A stretch of DNA of 6,653 nucleotides from Octopus sinensis. Lineage: Eukaryota. A program made the translations under genes and the position numbers. Shown piece after piece: positions 6,196 through 6,653 of the stretch (position 1 is the stretch's first letter; the number at the start of each line of letters is the position of its first letter). The notes beneath the pieces are model-generated. The model searched no databases, was not told the origin of the DNA, and worked only from the letters and a program-made list of their open reading frames with translations. The stretch spans positions 1 to 6,653 of the forward strand of contig NW_021829285.1 in NCBI RefSeq assembly GCF_006345805.1, given 5' to 3'.

Positions 6196-6232
6196 TTGTT
6201 GTTGTTATTGTTGGTGTTGTTGTTGTTGTTGT
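6196..6232. repeat. (TTG)n trinucleotide microsatellite
   Basis: ttgttgttgttattgttggtgttgttgttgttgttgt. Confidence 0.92.
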
Positions 6233-6329
6233 AGTCAGTGCTGTTTTTATTGCTTATTGTTTGATCGCTTTCTTTTCTACTTCGACTGTCACATATCAGT
6301 TTCTCCTACTTCACTACTTAATCTTATTA

Positions 6330-6344
6330 ATCATCATCACCATC

Positions 6345-6376
<32 letters not shown>

Positions 6377-6653
6377 CATCACCATCATCATCATCGTCGT
6401 TGTCGTGATCTTCAATCATCATCCTCATCATTATCAATCATCATCATAGTCGTCATCATCATCATCTTCATCATCATCGTTATCATCATCATCGACACCA
6501 CCACCAGCACTACTAGCACCACCACAACCATTATCATCGTCATTGTCGTCGACATCATCATCATCATCATCATCGCCACTATCATCAATTCTCCTCATCA
6601 TCATAATCATCATCGTCATCATCGTCATTATCTTCATCATCATCATCATCGAC
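6330..6653. repeat. Long degenerate (CAT)n/(CAC)n/(CGT)n trinucleotide tract, running off the window end
   Basis: More than 320 bp of ATC-phase triplets. It yields the poly-I, poly-D and poly-M ORFs. Confidence 0.95.

Noticed and set aside
6261-6653. Poly-Ile, poly-His, poly-Asp and poly-Met ORFs
   Set aside because: They are translations of a degenerate (CAT)n microsatellite, with no splice or codon evidence for a real acidic or His-rich protein.

Overview
AT-rich eukaryotic non-coding DNA (intronic or intergenic) with no recognisable full-length gene. I recognise the interspersed repeats from memory as octopus/cephalopod tRNA-derived SINEs; this was not checked against a database. All supplied ORFs come from microsatellites or repeats. 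Contents: (i) a minus-strand tRNA-headed CORE-like SINE at 510-898, plus a second, older copy split by a nested insertion (3689-3749 and 4161-4264); (ii) a second tRNA-headed SINE family present as a trimer (2363-2960), a dimer (3748-4159), a monomer of another subfamily (5911-6102) and a headless fragment (2213-2362); (iii) three fold-back elements (902-993, 1011-1254, 4667-5039); (iv) many microsatellites; (v) one weak candidate exon (4535-4647). The most interesting signals are hammerhead-ribozyme motifs: one intact-looking minimal motif at 4940-4983, its decayed inverted twin at 4723-4766, and an unrelated GUC-type motif at 5350-5395 next to pLTR-like direct repeats, suggesting Penelope-like or ribozyme-bearing non-autonomous retroelements. 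The SINE multimers also carry position-specific variants, implying a multimeric master element.
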